From NCBI GenBank assembly GCA_030390025.1, contig CM059432.1, positions 143,470,001 through 143,534,000 of the forward strand: a DNA stretch of 64,000 nucleotides, read 5' to 3'. Positions 38,701 through 50,700 of the stretch are shown here, in pieces. Position 1 is the stretch's first letter. The number at the start of each line of letters is the position of its first letter. The notes under the pieces are model-generated. The model was not told the DNA's origin and ran no database searches. It worked only from the letters and a program-made list of their open reading frames with translations. Both the position numbers and the translations under genes were made by a program. This stretch comes from Squalus acanthias (Eukaryota).

Positions 38701-41700
38701 TTTTGAGGGAGTAACTGGTAAAATAGATGGGGGAGAGCCAGTAGATGTGGTGTACCTGGACTTCCAAAAGGCCTTCGATAAGGTCCCACACAAAAGATTA
38801 GCATGGAAAATTGAAGCTCATGGGATAAAGGGGAAAGTATTGACGTGGATAGAGAACTGGCTGTCAGATAGAAAACAGAGAGTTGGAATAAACGGCTCAT
38901 TTTCTGAATGGCAGGCAGTAACAAGTGGGGTACCACAGGGATCTGTCCTGGGTCCCCAGCTGTTCACAATTTATATTAATGACCTGGATCAGGGAGTCGA
39001 ATGCAGCATTTCCAAATTTGCAGACGACACTAAACTAGGAGGGGGGGTGGGCTCAGAGGAGGAGACCAGGAAGCTCCAGAGCGATTTGGACAGACTGGGT
39101 GATTGGGCGGATAAATGGCAGATGCACTATAATGTGGACAAGTGCGAAGTTATCCACCTTGGGTGCAGGAACGGGAGGGCAAATTATTATTTAAATGGCA
39201 ATAAATTGGGAGAGGGGGAAGTACAGAGAGACCTGGGTGTTCTTGTACACCAGTCACTGAAGGCGAGCATGCAGGTGCAACAGGCGGTCAAGAAGGCAAA
39301 CGGTATGCTGGCCTTCATAGCAAAAGGGTTGGAATACAGGAACAGGGATACCTTGCTGCAGCTGTACAGGGCACTGGTGAGACCACACCTCGAGTACTGT
39401 GTACAGTTTTGGTCGCCTCATCTGAGGAAAGATGTTCTTGCCATGGAGGGGGTGCAGCGGCGATTCACCAGGCTGATACCAGGAATGGCGGGATTGACCT
39501 ATGAGGAGAGACTATGTAGTTTAGGGATGTACACACTGGAGTTTAGAAGATTGAGAGGGGACCTCATAGAAGTGTATAAAATTCTGACAGGTCTAGACAG
39601 ATTAGATGCAGAAGGAATGTTTCCCTTGGCGGGTGAGAACAGAACTAGAGGACATAATTTAAGGATAAGGGCTAAACCATTTAGGACAGAAATGAGGGGG
39701 AATTTCTTCACTCAGAGAGTGGTGAACCTGTGGAACTCATTGCCACAGAGGGCAGTGTACGCCAGCTCATTAAATATATTTAAGAGGGAATTAGATATAT
39801 TTCTACAGGCAAAAGGGGTTAAGGGTTACGGAGAGAAGGCAGGGACGGGATACTGAATTGAAGGATCAGCCATGATCTCATTAAATGGCGGAGCAGGCTC
39901 GAAGGGCCGGATGGCCTACTCCTGCTCCTATCTTCTATGTATCTATCTATGTAACAGTAACTTTCAAAAGGGAATTGGATAAATACTTGAAAAGGAAAAA
40001 AAATTGCAAGCTATGGGGAAAGAGCAGGGGGGAGTGGGACTGATTCATAGAATCATAGAATAGTACAGCACAGAAGGAGGCCATTCGGCCCATCAAGTCT
40101 GTGCCGGCTCTTTCGAAGAGCGATCCGGTTAGTCCCACTCCCCCCGCTCGTTCCCCATATCCCTGCAATCTTTTTCTCCTTCGAGTGTTTATCCAATTCC
40201 CTTTTGAAGGCTACTATTGAATTTGTATCCACCACCCTATCAGGCAGTGCATTCCAGATCCTAACCATTGGATCGCTCTTTCAAAGAGCCAGCGCAAGCA
40301 GGATGGGCCGAATGGCCTCCTTCTGTGCTATATGATTCAATGATTCTAATTTTTAACATAATCCATTTTGGAGCTGACTACCTGGACGGAAGCAGAGCAG
40401 CCATTATCTACTGATGGAGCTAGCTATTAGCGGGATCTTTGTAAATTGGCACTTTGTGTTCCTGCCAAGTTTTTAACCTTCATTCTGGTGTTCAGTTGCT
40501 CCCGTTGGAGTACGCTGACTGAAAAATGCTCTTGTGAGCTCATTATAGCACTCTAAGATCAAGGCCCACTTACATCCAGACTAAATGCCCATCAGTTGTT
40601 AATACTGGAATATTGAACATTGCCTGTAACCACTAATTCCACCATTCTAGTCCTAATTAGCTTAATTGGATCTTAATAACTTTACCGATAAACATTACCA
40701 TCAAGCAGAGACTCCAAACTGCTGGGAATTAGGGCACATGTACATTTACGACAACAATATATCTTTCAATGAATGCTAAATATACCCAATTGTTAACATC
40801 ATTAGACAGACCCATCCCTAAATAACTGTGGAATTATTGGAAGCAAATTACATATAATTTATGATGCGGAGATGCCGCCGTTGGACTGGGGTGGACAAAA
40901 ATGAGAAGTCGCACAACACCAGGTTATAGTCCAACAGATTTATTTAAAATTACAAGCTTTCGGAGCTGTCGCCCCTTCCTCAGGTAAAGTTACAATGAGT
41001 GAATCTACAATATTTCACAGTATATAAACACAGAAACTGCAGAGATACAATCTTTCAGGGAAGGTGTCCTTACATCAAAGACACACCAAGAGCACAGCCA
41101 AGACAATGAGATGTGTCACAGGGGGTCCAACGTGTCAAATCCTGCTGTCTGCAGTGGTTTTTTTTTGTGTGTTTTTTGTTGGGTTTGTTCTTTTTGTGTT
41201 TTTTTTTAAAAACTGGAAAGACAGACAACGATGTCGAGTCACGTTCTGTAGCGTGACATGAACCCGATATCCCTATTGAGGCCATCCTCATGGGTGCGGA
41301 ACTTGGCTATCAGTTTCTGCTCGATGATTTTGCGTTGTCGTGTGTCTCGAAGGCCGCCTTGGAGAACGCTAACCCGCAGATCCGAGGCTGAATGTTCTTG
41401 ACTGCTGAAGTGTTCCCCGACTGGGAGGTAACAATCCTGCCTGGCGATTGTTGCGCGGTGTCCATTCATACGTTGTCTCAGTGTCTGCATGGTCTCGCCA
41501 ATGTACCATGCTCTGGGGCATCCTTTCCTGCAACGTATCAGGTAGACAACGTTGGCCGAGTCACATGAGTATGTACCATGTACCTGGTGGGTAGTGTCCT
41601 CACGTGTGATGATGGTATCTGTGTTCATGATCTGGCATGTCTTGCAGAGGTTGCCGTGGCAGGGTTGTGTGGTGTCGTGGTCGCTGTTCTCCTGACAGCT

Positions 41701-44700
41701 GGGTAATTTGCTGCGAACGATGGTACTTTTGAGGTTAGGCGGCTGCTTGAAGGCGAGTAGTGGAGGCGTGGGGATGGCCTTAGCAAGGTGTTCGTCATCA
41801 TCGATGACATGTTGAAGGCTGCGAAGAACATGGCGTAGTTTCTCCGCTCCGGGGAAGTACTGGACGACGTAGGGTACTCTGTTGGTTGTGTCCCGTGTTC
41901 GCCTTCTGAGGAGGTCTATGCGGTTTTTCACTGTGGTCCGTCGGAACTGTCGATCGATGAGTCGAGCGTCATATCCCGTTCTTACGAGGGCGTCTTTCAG
42001 TGTCCGTAGGTGTCCATCGCGTTCCTCCTCGTCTGAGCAGATCCTGTGTATTCGCAGGGCTTGTCCATAGGGGATGGCTTCTTTAACGTGGTTAGGGTGG
42101 AAGCTGGAGAAGTGGAGCATCATGAGGTTGTCCGTGAGCTTGCGGTAGAGTGAAATGCTGAGGCGTCCGTCTTTGATGGAGATTCGTGTGTCCAAGAATG
42201 AAACCAATTCTGAGGAGTAGTCCATGGTGAGTTTGATGGTGGGATGGAACCTGTTGATGTTATTGTGTAGTCCTTTCAGTGATCCTTCGCCGTGGGTCCA
42301 AAGGAAGAAGATGTCGTCGATGTATCTGGTGTACAGCGTTGGTTGGAGGTCCTGTGCAGCGAAGAAGTCTTGCTCGAACTTGTGCATGAAGATGTTGGCG
42401 TATTGGGGTGCGAATTTGGTCCCCATGGCTGTTCCGTGTGTTTGGGTAAAAAACTGGTTGTCGAAGGTGAAGACATTGTGGTCAAGGATGAAGTGGATGA
42501 GTTGTAGGATGGCATCTGGAGATTGGCTGTTGTTGGTGTTGAGTACTGAGGCTGTTGCAGCGATGCCGTCATCGTGGGGGATATTGGTGTAGAGTGCCGA
42601 TACATCCATCGTGGCGAGGAGTGTTCCTGGTTCAACTGGTCCATGGGTGCTGAGTTTAATTTAGAAATTAGAATTTATAATTTAGACACTGAATTATTTA
42701 TTGATTAGCTAACTTCTGGTCTTGCTATGGCAGGGAATCAAATTACAAGTTTGTGACCCATCTAGATCTCTGTCTTTATAAGTTGGTCTTAATAGAACAT
42801 GTTAAAGGGCTCTTATAAGTGTTAAGCTGTGCTCCGCATGCTTGTTTCTGAGTTAGAAGGTTGTGGGTGCATGTATTCTAGGCTGGCACATTTGAAGAAG
42901 AGCAGGGAGTTCTTCCCAGTGTCCTGGTCAATATTCTCCCCGATGAATTCATGAAATGTATACAAGATAGTTTTCTAGATCAGTATGTTGAGGAACCAAC
43001 TAGGGAACAGGCTATTTTAGATCTAGTATTGTGCAGTGAGAAAGGGTTAATTAATAACCTCATAGTTAAGGGGCCTTTAGGGAAGAGTGACCATAATATG
43101 ATAGAATTTTATATTGAGTTTGAAAGTGATTTAGTTAAATCCAAAACTAGGGTCTTCAATCTAAACAAAGCAAACTACGTAGGTATGAGGGGCGAGTTGG
43201 CTGAGGTAGATTGGGAAACTACATTAAAAAGTATGACAGTAGATAAGCAATGGCTAGTAGTTCAAGAAATAATACATAATTTACAACAAATATACATTCC
43301 TTTAAGGCACAAAAACCCCACAGGAAAAGTGGTCCAACCGTGGCTAATAAGAGAAGTTAAAGATAGTATTAGATCAAAGGAAGAGGTTTATAATGTTGCC
43401 AAAAAGAGTAGTAAGCCTGAGGATTGGGAGGATTTTAGAATTCAGCAAAGGAGGACCAAGAAACTGATAAAGAAAGGGAAAATAGAATATGAGTGTAAAC
43501 TAGCAAGAGACATAAAAACAGATTTTAAATGTTTGTATAGGTATGTAAATAGGAAGAGATTAGTGAAAGTAAACATGGGCCCATTAGAGGCAAAGACAGG
43601 AGAAATTATAATAGGCAATAAGGAAATGGCAGAGACATTAAAAAAATACTTTGTATCTGTCTTCATGGTAGAAGACACAAAAAATGTTCCGGAAATAATA
43701 GGGAACCAAGGGTCTAGAGAGAATGAGGAACTTAAAGAAATCAGTATAAGTAAAGACATAGTACTGGAGAAATTAATGGGACTAAGTGGCGACAAATCCC
43801 CTGAACCTGACGACCTGCATCCTAGGGTTTTAAAAGAGGTAGCTGCAGAGATAGTGGATGCACTGGTATTAATCTTCCAGAATTCCCTAGATTCTAGAAC
43901 AGTCCCCAAGGATTGAAAGGTAGCAAACATAACCCCGCTATTTAAGAAAAGAGGAAGAAAAAAAACAGGGAACTATAGGCCAGTTAGCCTGACATCCAAA
44001 GTAGGCAAAATGCTAGAATCTGTTATTAGGCAGAGCCAACATGGTTTTATGAAAGGGAAATCGTGTTTGACAAATCTGTTAGAATTTTTTGAAGATGTAA
44101 CTAGTAGGATGGATAAGGGGGAACCAGTGGATGTAGTGTATTTGGAATTTCAAAAAGCATTCGATAAGGTGCCACACAAGAGATTATTACACAAAATTAG
44201 GACTCATGGGATTGGGGGTAATATATTAGCATGGATTGAGGATTGGTTAATGGACAGAAAACAGAGAGTAGGAATAAATGGGACTTTTTCAGGTTGGTAG
44301 GCTGTAACTAGCGGGGTACCGCAAGGATCAGTGCTTGGGCCTCAGCTATTTGCAATCTGTGTCAATGACTTAGATGAGGGGAGTGAGTGTAACGTATCCA
44401 AGTTTGCTGATGATACAAAGTTAGGTGGGAAAGTAAGCTGTGAGGAGGATGCAAAGAGGCTGCAGAGAGAAATAGACAGGTTGACTGAATGGGCAAGAAC
44501 ATGGCAAATGGAATATAATGTGGGGAAGTGGGAAGTTATCCACTTTGGTAGGAAAAACAAAAAAGCAGAATGTTTTTTGAATGGTGAGAGACTGGGAAAT
44601 GTTTGCACTCAGAGGGACCTGGGTGTCCTTGTACATGAATCACAGAAAGTTAACATGCAGGTACAGCAAGCAATTAGGAAAGCAAATGGTATGTTAGCTT

Positions 44701-47700
44701 TTGTTACCAAGGGATTAGAGTATAAGAGTTATACAGGACATTGGTGAGGCCACACCTGGAGTACTGTGTACAGTTCTGGTCTCCTTACCTAAGGAAAGAC
44801 ATACTTGCCTTAGATGGAGTGCAGCGAAGGTTCACTAGACTGGTTCCTGGGATGAGAGGATTGCCCTATGAGGAGAGGTTGAGTAGACAAGGCCTATATT
44901 CTCTGGAGTTTAGAAGAATGAGAGGTGATCTCATTGAAACATATAAAATTCTTAAGGGGCTGACAGGGTTAATGCTGGGGAAATGTTTCCCCTGGCTGGG
45001 GAATCTAGAACACGGGGTCACAGTCACAGAATAAGGGGTCGGCCATTTAGGACTGAGATGAGGAGAAATTTCTTCACTCAGAGGGTGGTGAATCTTTGGA
45101 ATTCTCTACCCCAGAGAGCTGTGGATGCTCAGTCGTTTGGTATATTCAAGACAGAGGTCGATAATTTTTTGGGAACCAAGGGAATTAAGGGATATAGGGA
45201 TAGTGCGGGAAGGTGGAGTTGAGGTAGAAGATCAGCCATGATTTTATTGAATGGTGGAGCAGGCTCGAAGGGCCAAATGGCCGACTCCTGCTCCTAATTC
45301 TTATGTTATGTTCTTATGTCCTGGTCAATATTCTCCCTGGTGTCCTGGTCAATATTTCTCTTCAATCAATGCCACCAAAACAGATTATCTGGTCACATAT
45401 CTTATTTACTGTTTGTGAGACCTTGCTGTGTGCGAATTGGCTGCCTACTAAACAACACTTAAAAAGTAATTCTCTGGGAGTGAAGCACGTTGTGATGTCC
45501 CGAGAATGTGAAAGGCGCTGTATAAATGCAAGTTCTGTTCCTTTATATATCCGGGGTGTAATAATACTCTCCCTTTTCTAAGATTCAGGCCGATAGACAA
45601 TTGCTCCGGGAGATCATTTTGTTTATTTTGAGGTGTTGATTCTGGACTATATTTTTCCTCCCTCTCCTCAGGTCTTCTGCCTGTGGATGCTTCAGCCAAT
45701 CAGATTCAGCAAGCATTAAATGATCTGTGGTCAATTAGACCGGATGAGGTTAAAGTGTTGAGCACGGCAATCAGCCAAGGCTTTATCTACACAGTGACCT
45801 TCATCTCCACAAGAGGTAATGTACATCTCATCCCAGTCAGTTACTCTGAATGTTTCTTCACAGGAGTGACTAAAATGCATGGCTCAGTGACCTAGTTCAG
45901 CTTGGATTTATTCTCCAGGGCTCAGTGTTTCATTCTTTGTTCGGACTTGATTGTGGAGGCAGTCATCTGTTGAAATGGGTGTCGCTCATTGTTGTTATTT
46001 TGTCCTGGAAACATCTTTTCTAATTACCTTCCCCGCCACCCCCCCCCCCCCCCCCCCCAACTCTTGTTTTCTCCTCCCGCCTTCTAAAGTTGGTGACTCT
46101 TGCTGGTCGATGGGTGCTCTGCTACCTCTCGTTGGAAGAGTGACCGCTCTTCATATCAACCTACGAAATTGATGGGCAAGAAAAGACCAGTTGGCCCGCC
46201 GAGCCTGCCCCGCACCACAATGGCCGGACTCTCGTGACTAAGCGCTTCTTCCCATAACGCCCCGCAGCCGTGTAATCTCCTGGCAGAGGCAAAAAACCAG
46301 AGAAAGAACCCAGGGCCGATAAGGGAATAAAAATACGCTGGAAAATTCCTTAACCAACATAACAAAAACAGATTGTCTGGTCATTGCCACATTGCTGTTT
46401 GTGGGAGCTTGCTGTGCACAAATTGGCTGCCGCGTTTCCCATATTACAACAGTGACCACACTTCAAAAGTACTTCATTGGCTGTAAAGCGCTTTGAGATG
46501 TCCGGTGGTCGTGAAAGGCGCTATAGAAATGCAAGTCTTTCTTTTTCCGACCCCCTCAGCCGTTTCGAAACCAGTCGCACGGACTGAGTGTGCGAACATA
46601 TATGAATCAAGAGAATAAGGGGGAAAAATTCAGTTGGTTGCGCCTCCCGTTAGCGCCTTAAGAGGGCGCTAATGGGGCACAATGCAACTAGTGCCCGGGC
46701 GCGGCGATGTTTGCGCTGCTCACAAAATTAACTAGACATTTTGCGGCGGTGCTAAACAGTACTGCCACGATCTCCTGCGCCGGCAGATCGTGACGTCAGT
46801 CGAGTGCGCAACGCCCCGGTAGCGCCCCAGAGCGGATATTGAGTGGCGCCCCCTGCCTTACCGCCTGCCGCTAGCAACGACAGGTTGAGGGGAGCGTTTT
46901 GCAGTCAGGAAGGGACTGGAGGAGCGCTATTTAAAGGCGACCACTTCCTGCCTTTATTTGTTGGCGACATTTTTGAACCACGCATTCTGAGAGAGAAAGA
47001 GAGACTTCTGGAGAGATTCAACGCTGTGTGAAGGAGTTTTGGGTACTGAGCAGCACTTTGCAGGTTCATTTTGATTTGCCCTTCCTTCTATCGATTTAGA
47101 AGAGACTGTGGGGGTTGCACTCTGAGCTCTTTCCCTGGGCCTCTCCATTGTTCTTTCCAGCAGATTTGATGTACAGGTCTTTCCAGGCCGAGATTCAAGG
47201 CTGCAATGAGCAGGATGTGGATGGAAAGCAAGAGCAACCCTCCCCTTTAAGAACTGGCCGGGGCCATTGTGTCTGTGTTCCATTGCTGACTGACACCACA
47301 TGAGCTTCGCCAGCGCTCTGAGTTAGCGCCTCGCTCCTCGGCCTTTGCCCCTTAAGAGAGGTGTGTAGCGCCTGATTTAGTGCTCCAATCGCCTCCAGGG
47401 GCGATAAAAGTCAAGTTTGCAGTCGGAGGCGATAATTAGCGGCAGGCGCTAATCTTTGCGCCCGGCCGATAATTGCGCCCCAAACGGGGCGATACTAAAT
47501 TTTTCCCCCGAAGTGTCATCAGAGCATGCAACTGTGGGGGGGGTGAAATCATAGCTGAGCCGAATCCCATCCTCACCCAATATCCACAGTTACAATCACA
47601 AGATAAACAATCATAGGGAAAAAATCAAATGGAATTTTAAAAAAAGCCCCTTTCTTGCATTTTTAACATTTATTTCAAATTGTTCCTGTACAGGAGACTT

Positions 47701-50700
47701 CGATTTACTTCAGTGTGAGGTTCTGGGAGGAATTAATGTCACCATCGAAGTGGTGGAACAAACCAAAGGGAAGCCCAGCATGGATACTTTTACACTGGCC
47801 CTGGATGGGGTCAATTCCAGACCCCTTTCACATACAGCAACTGTTAATGAGGTGCGTCCCACCTGGTTATGTGCATCGGTCTCCTGAGTTTGTCTGTAAT
47901 ATAGTTCACGATTACACAATGCCTATTGCAGTTAGTGGCCATTGTGCCCTGATGAGCAGCGACGGTGCAATGACTTGGAATGGTCTGCTAGGTGGCGCAG
48001 TGGAGGCAAAAATCCTGGAGCCAGAGACAGTTCGATGCCCTGAACTTTCTGCGGCGAGTTTAATGGGTATTCACGACGCAAATGCTTGAAACTCACGGGG
48101 AGGTTGAGGGCGAGCTGCCATATTGGCGAGGCTGATGGTGGAGCGGCCAGCAACTTGTGGCGATTCACAGCTCACGGGTAATCTCTTCCCCACCGCATGT
48201 TGCTGGACGATTTACACATTAATAATGGCAAGCGCCATTAAACGCGCCGTGATTTTGGTAGCGAAATCTGGGCCAATTTCTGTATTTGTAAGAAACCGAA
48301 TCATGTTTTTTTTGGAAATAACCTTACCGTAACCGTGTTGTAATACCACTTGGGGCCTAAATTCCTATCCTTAGAAACAAATTCAGCCAGCAAAGTTCAA
48401 ATCCACTTTTCATTCTTTCAGACAGAGCTCCTGGATCATTACCCTTCGCTGATGAATGGTTTTATGTGCATAAGACTTGTGTCATTTGATGTGAATTCGC
48501 TATTGCCTGTTTGGTGATTTGCCCAATACAAATTTCTGGTGCAGCTAGTGAGAGGAAAGGGCTAAAAGGTGGAGAGAAGCTGAGGCTGGCTTGACCAGCA
48601 CAAATAAGTAAGGATCTTCAGAATTATGCTCATTAAAATCTTTCATTACAGGTCAAAGCTGCTTTAGAAGAATTAGTGTGTGTAAAATGTCCAGACCACA
48701 TAGCTGGCTACAAAAAGGGATTTGCAGTCAAATATTTCAACGATTTTGAAAACGGCTTATCCAAGGTATGTGTCCAAAATAAAAACCAACAGCGGATCAA
48801 ATCTCACTTTCAGTATATTACACACTGTCCGGAAAACATGGCTTCGTATTGACCACTCACCTCAGAGTCTGAAGGTTGTGGGTTCAAGCCCCACTCCAGA
48901 GACCTGAGCATATAATCCGGGCTGACACTCCCAGTGCAGTACTGAGGGAGTGCTGCACTGTCGGAGGGTCAGTACTGAGCGAGTGCTGTACTGTCGGAGG
49001 GGCAGTACTGAGGGAGCGCTGCACTGTCGGAGGGGCAGTACTGAAGGAGTGCTGCACTGTCAGAGGGGCAGTACTGAGGGAGCGCTGCACTGTCGGAGGG
49101 TCAGTACTGAGGGAGTGCTGCACTGTCGGAAGGGCAGTGCTGAGGGAGTGCTGTACTGTCGGAGGGTCAGTACTGAGGGAGTGCTGCACTGTCGGAGGGG
49201 CAGTGCTGAGGGAGCGCTGCACTGTCGGAGGGTCAGTACTGAGGGAGTGCTGCACTATCGGAAGGTCAGTACTGAGGGAGTGCTGCACTGTCGGAGCGAC
49301 AGTACTGAGGGAGCGCTGCAGTGTCGGAGCAGCAGTACTGAGGGAGCGCTGCACTGTCGGAGGGTCAGTACTGAGGGAGTGCTGCACTGTTGGAGGGGCA
49401 GTACTGAGGGAGCGCGGCACTGTAGGAGGGGCTGTCCTGAGGGAGCGCTGTACTCTCGGAGGGGCAGTACTCAGGGAGCGCCGCACTGTTGGAGGGGCAG
49501 TACTGAAGGAGCGCTGCACTGTCGGAGGGCCAGTCCTGAGGGAGTGCTGCACTGTCAGAGGTGCCGTCTTTCGATTGAAACATTAAACCAAAGCCCAGCC
49601 TGCCTGTTCAGATGGATGTTAAAAATCTCATAACAGTGTTTGAAAGAAGAGTTCTCCTGGTGCCCTGGCCAGTATACCTCCCTTAACCAACATCACCATA
49701 AACAGGTTAACTGGTCATTTATTTCATTGCTGTTTGTGGGACCTTGCTGTGCTCAAATCGGCTGACATATTTCCCTACACTTCCAAAGTACTTCACTGGC
49801 TGCATAAATGCAAGTTCTTTCTTGGTGACGTTTTAGCTTCATTAGGATAGAATGACACTACAGGAAATTATTTTACTGTTCACATTTTTCTCGAGTTTCG
49901 ATTTTATTTGTTATCAATACTTCTGGTTATTGTGAGAGAAATAGCGGGGGTGGAAAATTGGCAATATCGGATAGGTCACCCGTTATACACCCCTGCCCGT
50001 TATACACCCCTGCCCGATATACACCCCCGCCCGATATACACCCCCGCCCGATATACACCCCCGCCCGTTATACACCCCCGCCCGATATACACCCCCGCCC
50101 GTTATACACCCCCGCCCGATATACACCCCGCCCGTTATACACCCCGCCCGTATACACCCCCGCCCGATATACACCCGCCCGTACCCCGCCGTATACACCC
50201 CCGCCCGTCATACACCCCGCCCGTCATACACCCCGCCCGTTATACACCCGCCCGTTATACAGCCCCGCCCGTTATACACCCCGCCCGTTATACACCCCGC
50301 CCGTTATACACCCGCCCATATACACCCTGCCCATCAAATAGTGCTGATAAAATGAGACCATTCAATAAAATGCTTGAATAATTAATATTCAGTTGAGCCT
50401 AATATTAAAATTGTAATTTTAAAATTCATTCTCGGGATGTGGGCGTCGCTGGCAAGGCCGGCATTTATTGCACATCCCTAGTTACCATTGAGAAGGTGTG
50501 TCTCGCTGGGCCACGTCGGAGGGCAGTTAAGAGTCAAACACGTTGGAGTGGGACTGGAGTCACATATAAGCCCAGACAGGGTAAGTACGGCAGGTTTCCT
50601 TCCCTAAAGAACATTAATGAACCAGATGGCTTTTTACGACAATCCGACAGCTTCACGGTCACTTTTACTGAGCTTTTTATTTCCAAATTTTTATAAACTG

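Noticed and set aside
48876..49633. Cys-rich repetitive ORFs ([11 protein letters not shown])n, or a CRISPR-like 33-bp array
   Set aside because: Head-to-tail repeats without unique spacers, no cas genes, vertebrate intron; the unit derives from a SINE and the ORFs are a by-product of 33-bp periodicity.
49908..50381. Pro/Tyr-rich extensin-like ORFs
   Set aside because: Translation of a minisatellite with irregular unit length; no splice or homology support.
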